A stretch of 58,340 bases of DNA from Minisyncoccota bacterium. GTDB taxonomy: Bacteria; Patescibacteriota; Minisyncoccia; Phycocordibacterales; UBA6899. Position numbers and translations under genes: made by a program. This document shows positions 1 to 7,406 of the stretch, piece after piece; position 1 is the first letter of the stretch, and every line of letters starts with the position of its first letter. The notes under the pieces were generated by a model. It saw only the letters and a program-made list of their open reading frames with translations. It was not told the DNA's origin and did no database searches. The stretch lies in NCBI GenBank assembly GCA_035583355.1, contig DATEZQ010000004.1, forward strand, positions 1-58,340. The letters are read 5' to 3'.

Positions 1-117
1 GCGAAAAGCCGGCGATCCCGGCAAAAAGACCGGGGCCGTACCTAAGCTGTGGCGGCCAGCTTTGCGCTAGCGGGTGCGCAGCACCGCTCATTGCTGCGGA
101 GCAGCGATGCGCAAAGC
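1..117. other. GC-rich hairpin-dense segment cut by the window edge; either a structured RNA fragment or the end/start of a GC-rich CDS, unresolved
   Basis: Clearly more G+C-rich than the flanks. Nested stems: GCCGG 8-12 / CCGGC 18-22, and GCTTTGCGC 59-67 / GCGCAAAGC 109-117 enclosing two hairpins. It is also open in + frame 3 (stop TAA 132-134) and in a minus frame from ATG 91 to the edge, so coding cannot be excluded. Confidence 0.2.
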
Positions 118-120
118 GAT

Positions 121-173
121 CTCTCACATATTAAAAGTCGCTTGCAAAGCAAGCGACTTTTAATATGTGAGAG
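121..173. terminator. Perfect palindrome (25-nt arms, 3-nt loop) with an A4/GC-stem/T4 core; bidirectional terminator-like
   Basis: ctctcacatattaaaagtcgcttgc-aaa-gcaagcgacttttaatatgtgagag. The inner part AAAAGTCGCTTGC/GCAAGCGACTTTT matches the bidirectional terminators seen elsewhere in the window. It sits 7 nt after the stop of the 180..305 minus-strand ORF. Confidence 0.55.
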
Positions 174-179
174 AAAGAA

Positions 180-305
180 TTACTTCTTGCCCTTCTTAGC
201 AACCTTCTTGACTGCCTTCTTAGCAACCTTCTTGACTGCCTTCTTTGCAACCTTCTTGACTGCCTTCTTGACAATCTTCTTTGCTGCCTTCTTTGCTACT
301 GCCAT
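180..305 (-). CDS. 41-aa Lys/Ala-rich basic protein (histone H1 / Hc-like nucleoid protein candidate)
   Basis: ATG 305..303, TAA 182..180. Translation is MAVAKKAAKKIVKKAVKKVAKKAVKKVAKKAVKKVAKKGKK. Too short for the ORF track. The + strand ORF 49..384 is its hydrophobic mirror image. The palindromic terminator follows directly. Confidence 0.55.
   Translation of the reverse strand: MAVAKKAAKKIVKKAVKKVAKKAVKKVAKKAVKKVAKKGKK
191..300. repeat. 24-nt tandem repeat, about 4.5 copies (ccttcttagcaaccttcttgactg)
   Basis: Units at 191-214 and 215-238 are identical. The unit at 239-262 has 1 change, 263-286 is diverged, and a partial copy follows. Each unit encodes KKAVKKVA on the minus strand. Confidence 0.9.
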
Positions 306-630
306 AATATTTTTGAGAAGTGTGTACGATGATAATGAGCTTACGCTGACCACGAGTAAGCGAGTAGAGTTTCATCATGCATAGCACGCTGACACTCTTT
401 ACTTTATTATCCCGCACATTGTGCAATACAACAATGATGAAAACAATTTTCGTGTGGATAACTTTTGGAAATATAGAATTGAATTTTCATGTACGTGAAT
501 ATATTTTTTTAAAAATAATTATTTTGTTTTCGATGAAAAAATATTTTTTGCGGAAATTTTATTCATTTACTTTTTTATATTCTTACGGTAGCTTGAAATG
601 AGCATAGTACTTTCACTCACGGAGCACGTC

Positions 631-1293
631 ATGCCCTACGCGAAAACGGTCATCCTTATCCGACACGGACAGACACCCTCAAACCTGACAGGGTCAATTC
701 AGGGCCCTGATGAGCCACTTACGGACCTCGGCCGAGACCAGGCTGAGAAACTCGCAAACAGGCTTGCACGCTCCCCAAGACTGTATCCACTCAAAGCAAT
801 CCTAACGAGCAGTTTCGCTCGTGCAAAAGAGACCGCGCTAATCATTGGAGACAGGTTTCCCGGCGTAGCAGTAGTTCCATCCATGGTCTACCATGAATGC
901 TTACACCCCTCGCGTATTCGCGGTCTACCCATCAATGATCCCGAGGTTGTGCGCACACTTGGCGAGTTCACAAAAAACTTTCACAATCCTGAGTATAGCT
1001 ATGAGGATGGTGAAACATTCTCACAGCGCAAAGCACGTGCGCTCATCGCGCTCTCACAACTTGAGGACCATTACGGTGACTGCATTGCACTCGTCACTCA
1101 CGGCGTGTTTGCAACCCATATCATCAATTGCATCCTCCACGGAGAGCAACTCACCTCTTACATGCTCGAACGTGCACCAATGATGTTCCCTAATACCGGT
1201 ATTCTCAAACTTACATTTGGCGAGTACCACACCTTTAGTGGCAAGCGCACAGGATGGAGGATTCACCCCGGCGATGCAAGCCACCTTGAATAA
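631..1293 (+). CDS. Histidine phosphatase family protein (phosphoglycerate mutase-like)
   Basis: RHG motif (VILIRHGQT) and a second catalytic His (LVTHGV). GGAG lies 6 nt before ATG 631; the track ORF starts at 598. A hairpin plus T-run follows the stop. Confidence 0.8.
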   Translation: MPYAKTVILIRHGQTPSNLTGSIQGPDEPLTDLGRDQAEKLANRLARSPRLYPLKAILTSSFARAKETALIIGDRFPGVAVVPSMVYHECLHPSRIRGLPINDPEVVRTLGEFTKNFHNPEYSYEDGETFSQRKARALIALSQLEDHYGDCIALVTHGVFATHIINCILHGEQLTSYMLERAPMMFPNTGILKLTFGEYHTFSGKRTGWRIHPGDASHLE

Positions 1294-1299
1294 AAACAC

Positions 1300-1322
1300 A
1301 ACGCACTTCGGTGCGTTTTTTG
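1300..1322 (+). terminator. Intrinsic terminator
   Basis: aacgcac-ttcg-gtgcgtt followed by TTTTTT. Confidence 0.8.
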
Positions 1323-1350
1323 TTCCATTTAATACCACTTTTCTGTTCTA

Positions 1351-1359
1351 TGCTATACT
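1351..1359 (+). promoter_or_regulatory. Extended -10-like box TGCTATACT upstream of 1390 gene
   Basis: Same 9-mer as at five other gene starts. Here it lies 30 nt before the ATG. A second TATAAT at 1373-1378 lies 11 nt before the ATG. Confidence 0.4.
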
Positions 1360-1389
1360 AAAGTAGAGTAAATATAATCATACAATTAT

Positions 1390-3489
1390 ATGACTGACTT
1401 ATCCGAAATATCTTTCGTGCTCACCAAAATACTGCTTGCGCTTACTGCCCTAGCGGGAATTGTCGTGCTCGTGCTTACCACCATGAAAGCAAGACACGTG
1501 CGCGGCTCCCTTGCATTGATCATTGCAAGCCTTGGCACACTACTATGGTCTAGCACACTATTTGCAAGTCTATGGTTTTCGGGCCAAACAATTGATGTAT
1601 CAATTTATGTCTTTGCGCTCTCCACCTCCTTCTGCTTCGCTTGGCTGGCATATGCTTATCAGTCATCCCTCAACACACGCAATGTAGTGTTGTTGGCAAT
1701 ACCCATATTTCTCTTCTTGGCATTTGCTTTTGTGCCGGGTTTCATGTTCAACGGATATTCATCGAGCCTAAATGGTTCCATTGAAACAAGCGGGGCGATG
1801 GGATATTTCATATTCCACATACTCTTTTACGCATATCTTATCCTCGCTTCAATTAAACTCATCTCGCGTAGAGCAATAACACGCAATGCAACACTGCGAC
1901 AGCAATTTGAGTTCCTTTTGTTTGGCACGCTTGTTTTTGCACTCATAAAGTTCATCGCCAACATCATCCTTGGTGGTTTCTACGGTATCATCACCCTAAA
2001 TCCTCTCATGCCAAGCGCGGCGCTTATACCACTATTTATCGCCTACGGAGTAGTGACGCAATACTACTTCATCGATCTCAAGTACATTCTTTATAGCTTC
2101 ATAGGTAAAATTGCGCTTTTCCTCTTCTCGGGACTCACGTACCTCCTTGCACTCCTCTCCATTGGCGCACTTGCTCGCGGACACAATATCCTTACCTACC
2201 ACATCGCCTTCCTTATTACGCTTCTTGCCTCATTAAAACTCGCACCCATACTCAAAAAGGAAGCAGTCCTTCTTGCGGCAGGACCTCGCGAGCGTGCATA
2301 TAAAGATGCAGTGGATCGTTTTATACTCGATCTCTATGAGCAACAACACACGCCGATTGAAATCTCCAATGCCACCACACAGCTCTGCGGAGAAATTCTT
2401 AGTGCAAGCAACAGTCAACTTATCACTGAGGCCAATGGGAATGAGCGCGAACTTTTGCTTCTTACGAGTATAAGAATGAGCGGCGCATCGTTCCTCGAGG
2501 AATCAACGATTTTGCTACTCGAGACAACAAGCACGTCGGAAATAGGAGTTCCTTCCCCTCAGGAAAAATTCGGCGAAGAACTACGTAATATCTATGGTGC
2601 GGCACTCGTCGCGACCCTTTCGTCACAAGGCACACTTTATGGGCTCCTTATTCTCGGTGAACGAAAAGACGGTAGGGGCTATTCAAAACAAGACGTTGCT
2701 TTAGTGCAAAGTATATTACTCCCACTTTCATCTGCACTTGCTGAAGCTTCGTTTCGTACGCGCATCACACTCCTCACCCGATCGAGTGACAATGAAACGG
2801 GCAAGCTAAGAGAGAAAGTCTTCCAGAAGAACACAAAAAATATAATGCTGATCGAGGCACTGGAAAATAGCAGCCGTGAAGCCCTCAGACAAATCAGAAG
2901 CAAGGTTGATGCAATCAACCAATTTGGTCCAAGTGCAGTACATGCCGCACTCGAAACAGTAGAGAAATCCACCCTTGAAATTGAGCGTAGTGTTGCACGA
3001 CTCCATACAGAGGTACTCAAACCAATCACCGAGCAAGCAGACCTTGCGCCACTACTTCACAAGCTCATAGAAGTCTATGGAGCACGATCACTGATTGAGC
3101 AAAGCCATCTCTCGTATGAACTTCCCGAGTCAATACCGGTCATTGGAGACCCACAACAGATATATGAAGCGATTGCACTACTGTTCCAGGCGGTCTTTAC
3201 CAAAGACTGTTGCAAAGAAGAATATATTTCGTTCAAGGTTTCGCTCATGCCGAATACGATTGAGATTACCCTGATGCAAAAGTACAGTAGCGACAAAGAA
3301 ATCGTTACAGAAACCGAGTGGACCAACCGACAAAAATGCCTCATGGCTTATGATAATCCTCTTGCAGAATCACTGATTAAGCGTAATAATGGCGTGCTCC
3401 GTGGAGAAATGACCGGAAATACCACAGCTGAAACACACATAACGCTCATCCGTGATATCGGCGAAGATCGCGGTGGCATGACCGAATAA
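1390..3489 (+). CDS. Multi-TM GAF-containing histidine-kinase-like protein with a degenerate catalytic core
   Basis: About 7 N-terminal hydrophobic helices (HisKA_7TM-like) and a GAF-like segment (LYGLLILGERKDGRGYSKQD). The C-terminal kinase-like region has no recognisable H, N, G1 or G2 boxes. Same architecture as 5281..7386. Confidence 0.65.
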   Translation: MTDLSEISFVLTKILLALTALAGIVVLVLTTMKARHVRGSLALIIASLGTLLWSSTLFASLWFSGQTIDVSIYVFALSTSFCFAWLAYAYQSSLNTRNVVLLAIPIFLFLAFAFVPGFMFNGYSSSLNGSIETSGAMGYFIFHILFYAYLILASIKLISRRAITRNATLRQQFEFLLFGTLVFALIKFIANIILGGFYGIITLNPLMPSAALIPLFIAYGVVTQYYFIDLKYILYSFIGKIALFLFSGLTYLLALLSIGALARGHNILTYHIAFLITLLASLKLAPILKKEAVLLAAGPRERAYKDAVDRFILDLYEQQHTPIEISNATTQLCGEILSASNSQLITEANGNERELLLLTSIRMSGASFLEESTILLLETTSTSEIGVPSPQEKFGEELRNIYGAALVATLSSQGTLYGLLILGERKDGRGYSKQDVALVQSILLPLSSALAEASFRTRITLLTRSSDNETGKLREKVFQKNTKNIMLIEALENSSREALRQIRSKVDAINQFGPSAVHAALETVEKSTLEIERSVARLHTEVLKPITEQADLAPLLHKLIEVYGARSLIEQSHLSYELPESIPVIGDPQQIYEAIALLFQAVFTKDCCKEEYISFKVSLMPNTIEITLMQKYSSDKEIVTETEWTNRQKCLMAYDNPLAESLIKRNNGVLRGEMTGNTTAETHITLIRDIGEDRGGMTE

Positions 3490-3501
3490 AAACGCATACA
3501 T

Positions 3502-4221
3502 TTACGGTATGCGTTTTTTCATATAATGATCGCGCAATGGGGGTTCAAAATGTTCGAGTGCATAGCGTAAGGCAGTTCGAGGTAATTTAGAAGCATATAC
3601 GTCGAGAAACTTACACTCCTCATCACGACCAATGCGTTTCCCCACCTCCCTAAGCATCCACCCTATTGCCTTGTGCATAAGATCATGAGGGTCATCGATA
3701 AGCATGCGTGCAAGCATAAATATCTCCGCGCTACTTTTCTTCTCTATGAATGCGAGTGTTGCAATAACTGCAATACGGCGGTCCCAAAGTCGATCAGAAA
3801 GTGCGAGCTTAGTAAGTATTGATCTTTCGCGGTGGTGATTAAGAAGAAACGACCCTACAATACGAGATGCCGAAGTATCTACGAGATCCCAATTGTCGAC
3901 AGCACTGCGCTTTGCTATATAAAATCGATATATGTCTCTCCTTGTCCGTTCATCACCATGCTCGAATTGTATGACCAAAATAATAAGCGCGAGCAATCGA
4001 TCTTCATGAATTTTACTCATCAAGAGCTTCCCAATCTCATTAAGAGGAAGATTTGAAAATTGCTTTGCCACTTTCCTAGTATCAGGAACAGTCACCCCAA
4101 TAAACACATCTCCATAACCGTATTCCCCTTTCTCTGTTTTAAAAAATCGTGCGGCACCAATCGCTCGCTCTACGCTTCTATACTGACGAAGTATTCTTTT
4201 TGCTTGCACTGCAGTTGTCAT
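3502..4221 (-). CDS. DNA alkylation repair protein (AlkD/AlkC-like HEAT-repeat glycosylase family)
   Basis: Family-typical blocks ARFFKT..GYGDVF, WDLVD and IGWMLRE. The track ORF extends to 4257; ATG 4221 (MTTAVQAK) is more plausible. Confidence 0.7.
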   Translation of the reverse strand: MTTAVQAKRILRQYRSVERAIGAARFFKTEKGEYGYGDVFIGVTVPDTRKVAKQFSNLPLNEIGKLLMSKIHEDRLLALIILVIQFEHGDERTRRDIYRFYIAKRSAVDNWDLVDTSASRIVGSFLLNHHRERSILTKLALSDRLWDRRIAVIATLAFIEKKSSAEIFMLARMLIDDPHDLMHKAIGWMLREVGKRIGRDEECKFLDVYASKLPRTALRYALEHFEPPLRDHYMKKRIP

Positions 4222-4502
4222 GTAACAATCATACCCAAAGTTACAAAGATACGCCAACTTGCTGATGTGATTTTCGCTTCACAGTGAACCAGAAACTGGT
4301 TTTCCACGAGAAGAGTTAGAGTAATCCACAAGTAAACTCAAAAATACCTTGACGGGTATCTCCAATAACCCTTTATTTATATGAATTATTTTAGATATAT
4401 GAAAGTTATCCACATTACTAACATATTCCCCACATACATACATGTTACATATAGGTTACAATCTGTATAGGAGCTCTTCAAAAACAACTATAGGAGGCAA
4501 TC

Positions 4503-5153
4503 ATGCTCACTCTTCGTGCAATATTCCCCGGCGACCCCCTCTTCCCCCTTGTGCGGAGCTTTGTAAGCCGCGTGTACTCAACCAGATTGGAGGTTATCAA
4601 CCCCGCAAACCCCGACGCATTTGCGGCACTATTTTTCCATGGCACTCCGATAGCGTGTGCGGGAATATTTAGCGCAGCGACACATAAACCTCTATTCTTC
4701 GAGAGGTTCTTCGATTATCCGATTCTTGAGGAGATTGACCCCACGGGGCCACGCGCCACTTTCGCGGAGCTTGGCGCACTAGCTATTGAAGCACCAGAAG
4801 CATTGTCGAAGCATGTGCAGCAGATTGCAGCACTTATCCTAATCGCAGCTTCACTAATCGCATATGAGGAGCAGATTACGCATCTTGTATTTATCGGAGA
4901 CAGACTGCTTCCTCGTTTTTCGAAGCTATTTGGTGTCCCGTTTCACAATTTTGGACGGGTTGAACCACACAACATTGAGCCAGAGTTTAGAGCAAAACTC
5001 GAACGTTATTTCAGGGTTGGAAGAAATGCCTATACAGTACCCACCACACCCGTTAAACGGATCAAGAATGAAATTATGGATGGACTTATGGCTACTCTCG
5101 GTGTAATAGAGCATGAATCAATGCTTCCCCGTGTTGCCACGCTTGTCTCATAA
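4503..5153 (+). CDS. Thermostable-hemolysin-like / GNAT-fold acyltransferase-like protein
   Basis: AGGAGG 5 nt upstream of the ATG. PGDPL near the N-terminus and an ELGALA core resemble the T_hemolysin family as I recall it. A terminator follows. The CDS is solid; the family call is tentative. Confidence 0.45.
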   Translation: MLTLRAIFPGDPLFPLVRSFVSRVYSTRLEVINPANPDAFAALFFHGTPIACAGIFSAATHKPLFFERFFDYPILEEIDPTGPRATFAELGALAIEAPEALSKHVQQIAALILIAASLIAYEEQITHLVFIGDRLLPRFSKLFGVPFHNFGRVEPHNIEPEFRAKLERYFRVGRNAYTVPTTPVKRIKNEIMDGLMATLGVIEHESMLPRVATLVS

Positions 5154-5158
5154 CCCAC

Positions 5159-5181
5159 CCCCCGCTTCGGCGGGGGTTTCT
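5159..5181 (+). terminator. Intrinsic terminator
   Basis: cccccgc-ttcg-gcggggg then TTTCT. Confidence 0.75.
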
Positions 5182-5280
5182 ATTGCTTCACCCCGGGAAC
5201 TTATTCTATAGTTATAAAACGGTGAGTATCGGTATTGACCGTTACCGTTAATATGACATCATAGTATATAAGGAACACTT

Positions 5281-7386
5281 ATGCTTACCTCCGAAACAAT
5301 TTCCACCTTTCTTGCTGGGCAAAAGGCAGTTCTCCTCCTCACCTTGATTGTAAACATATGGGGCCTTGTTGCTCTTTATCGCAATGCAAGAAATCGGCCT
5401 TCTGATTTCGGTCTCGCATTCATGTTGCTTGGTCTGCTGGGATGGACCGGCAGTATTCTTGCGCTACTCTTGTTTGCGACACTACCTGCTGCACATATTG
5501 CATTCTTCTCGACAACAATGGCACTCACGGGCTTTGCTTGGTTTGCGCTCGTGTACCCCAGTGAAACATACAAAAAATACCACCTGCTTGCACTCGTCCC
5601 TGGCACCATCGTCGGGATACTTGCACTTATCCCGAATTTTTTCATAAACGGATTGAGCATCGACGCTCATGGTTATCTTTCACTCATCCGCAACCAAACA
5701 CTTACATGGTTTTCGATCTATGTGATTATTGCAGGAACGCTGCCAACATACCTACTCTTTCGCAAAAAATTCACTGAACAGAACGTTCAGATGCGCCAAC
5801 GCTTACACTGGATTGCAACTGCGTCACTCATTACTTTCACGGGGAGCTTCGTCACCAATGTACTTCTCCCAAATTTCTTTGACTTCCCCTATCTCAACAG
5901 TATTGGTCCTGCATTCTCAATGATGCTCGCAATGATCATCGTATGGATGACGTCGACTGAACATTATGTTGATTCAAAAAACGTATTTGGTATCATCACT
6001 GGACGACTTGCACTTGCCGCTGCGACGATCATCGTATTTTCAAGTATTTCAATGCTCCTTGCGCTCGGCAGCACTGAATCAGTCATCATTAACATCGTTG
6101 CAGCGTCTGCAACAGCACTCATTATTTTTGTTCTTGGTCCATGGATACGCAATGCTGGAGAATCACTCCTTCAGCAAAAAGAACGCCGACAACTCGCAGT
6201 GCATGGCAATACACGTGGACTCTTTGATGCACTTGCTCCAACAACAACTGTCGGTGAGATCATCAGTATACTTGGAAAGAAATTTGATGAAATAGCAACA
6301 GTTGAAATCCTTCTCGCAAGCAGAGCATCACCTGAGATTGCTACACATGTTGCGGCACTTGCCGAAATTCGCACCTGCACACTCAATCCCCCGACAACAT
6401 ATCTCATCGACGCATTGTCTGTTACGATGCCCCACGAAGCAGATCCTCATCGCATAGCTGTCTCTGCACTCGCAACAGCATTGGCTGCTCGTGTGATTGT
6501 GCCAATCACGCACCATCAACAGATTATTGGTATCCTTGCGCTTGGTCGCAAGAAAAACGGAAGCGGATACACAAAGCACGATGCGATTACACTTGCGTCG
6601 ACCGCTCGCATGCTTTCTCCACTTCTCATTCGCGCCTCAATAATTGAGCAAGCTGATGAGACGGCAAGGACGCTCGAAGAGAACGTCGCCCTGCGTACTC
6701 ACGCAATCAAACGTACACAAGAAGACGAACGTGATGTTGCGTATCGCCTTGCACTAATGATCACTCAGCCAATCGACGAGCTACGAGAATCCACCATTCT
6801 CACCAAGGAAAACTTCGAAACAGACATGGTGAAAATCGGAAAGACACTTGATGTTGTCTCTCAAGCCGCACAAGCATTGCTCGCATTTACACGAGCGAAA
6901 AGTGCCCCATTCACCCCCAGCAGAACATTCAACCTGAGCACGATGATTCGTGAGCTTGTCACGAGCTCGCAAGCGATTGCAAGCGATGCTGATGTCGAAC
7001 TCCGCTATGAACTTACTGATAACATACTCATCCGCGGCAATGCGACGAGTATACAAAACACACTCGCTGCGATTATTGGTAATGCCTTCAATTATCTCGG
7101 GGCCACAAACCGAGCAGTGCATATATCTCTCTCAGCAAACGCAAGTCAAGCGATCATCTCAGTGAGCGATACAGGGATCGGATTCCCAGGTGATGTGATC
7201 GACCGTATTGGTACTCCATTTTTCAATGCACATCCACGCAGAGAGGTTGAGCAGGGTCTCGGCTTAAACCTTTCAATTGCAAGAGGAATCATCTTGCAGC
7301 ATGGTGGCACGATAGTCGTAACCAGCCTGCACGAAAAAGGAACGACAGTGCGCATCGCACTCCCACTCTCAAAAGAAGAAAATTAA
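5281..7386 (+). CDS. Multi-TM GAF sensor kinase-like protein (HATPase_c intact, H-box not recognisable)
   Basis: N-terminal TM bundle and a GAF-like segment (IIGILALGRKKNGSGYTKHD). N box GNAFNY, G1 DTGIGF and G2 GLGLNLS are present. Where SHELRTP is expected the sequence reads LMITQPIDEL. Confidence 0.75.
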   Translation: MLTSETISTFLAGQKAVLLLTLIVNIWGLVALYRNARNRPSDFGLAFMLLGLLGWTGSILALLLFATLPAAHIAFFSTTMALTGFAWFALVYPSETYKKYHLLALVPGTIVGILALIPNFFINGLSIDAHGYLSLIRNQTLTWFSIYVIIAGTLPTYLLFRKKFTEQNVQMRQRLHWIATASLITFTGSFVTNVLLPNFFDFPYLNSIGPAFSMMLAMIIVWMTSTEHYVDSKNVFGIITGRLALAAATIIVFSSISMLLALGSTESVIINIVAASATALIIFVLGPWIRNAGESLLQQKERRQLAVHGNTRGLFDALAPTTTVGEIISILGKKFDEIATVEILLASRASPEIATHVAALAEIRTCTLNPPTTYLIDALSVTMPHEADPHRIAVSALATALAARVIVPITHHQQIIGILALGRKKNGSGYTKHDAITLASTARMLSPLLIRASIIEQADETARTLEENVALRTHAIKRTQEDERDVAYRLALMITQPIDELRESTILTKENFETDMVKIGKTLDVVSQAAQALLAFTRAKSAPFTPSRTFNLSTMIRELVTSSQAIASDADVELRYELTDNILIRGNATSIQNTLAAIIGNAFNYLGATNRAVHISLSANASQAIISVSDTGIGFPGDVIDRIGTPFFNAHPRREVEQGLGLNLSIARGIILQHGGTIVVTSLHEKGTTVRIALPLSKEEN

Positions 7387-7406
7387 AAACCGCCTTTGCG
7401 GTTTTT
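7385..7406. terminator. Bidirectional terminator shared by convergent genes
   Basis: aaaaaccgc-cttt-gcggttttt. It contains the TAA of the + gene (7384-7386) and the TAA of mgtA (7405-7407). Confidence 0.8.

Noticed and set aside
191-300. CRISPR-like array
   Set aside because: The 24-nt units are directly tandem with no spacers, and they are coding.
49-384. 111-aa + strand ORF with FLATFLTAF hydrophobic repeats
   Set aside because: It is the antisense reading of the Lys/Ala-rich minus-strand ORF. It starts at a GTG inside the GC-rich hairpin region, crosses the 53-nt palindrome, and has no promoter or RBS.
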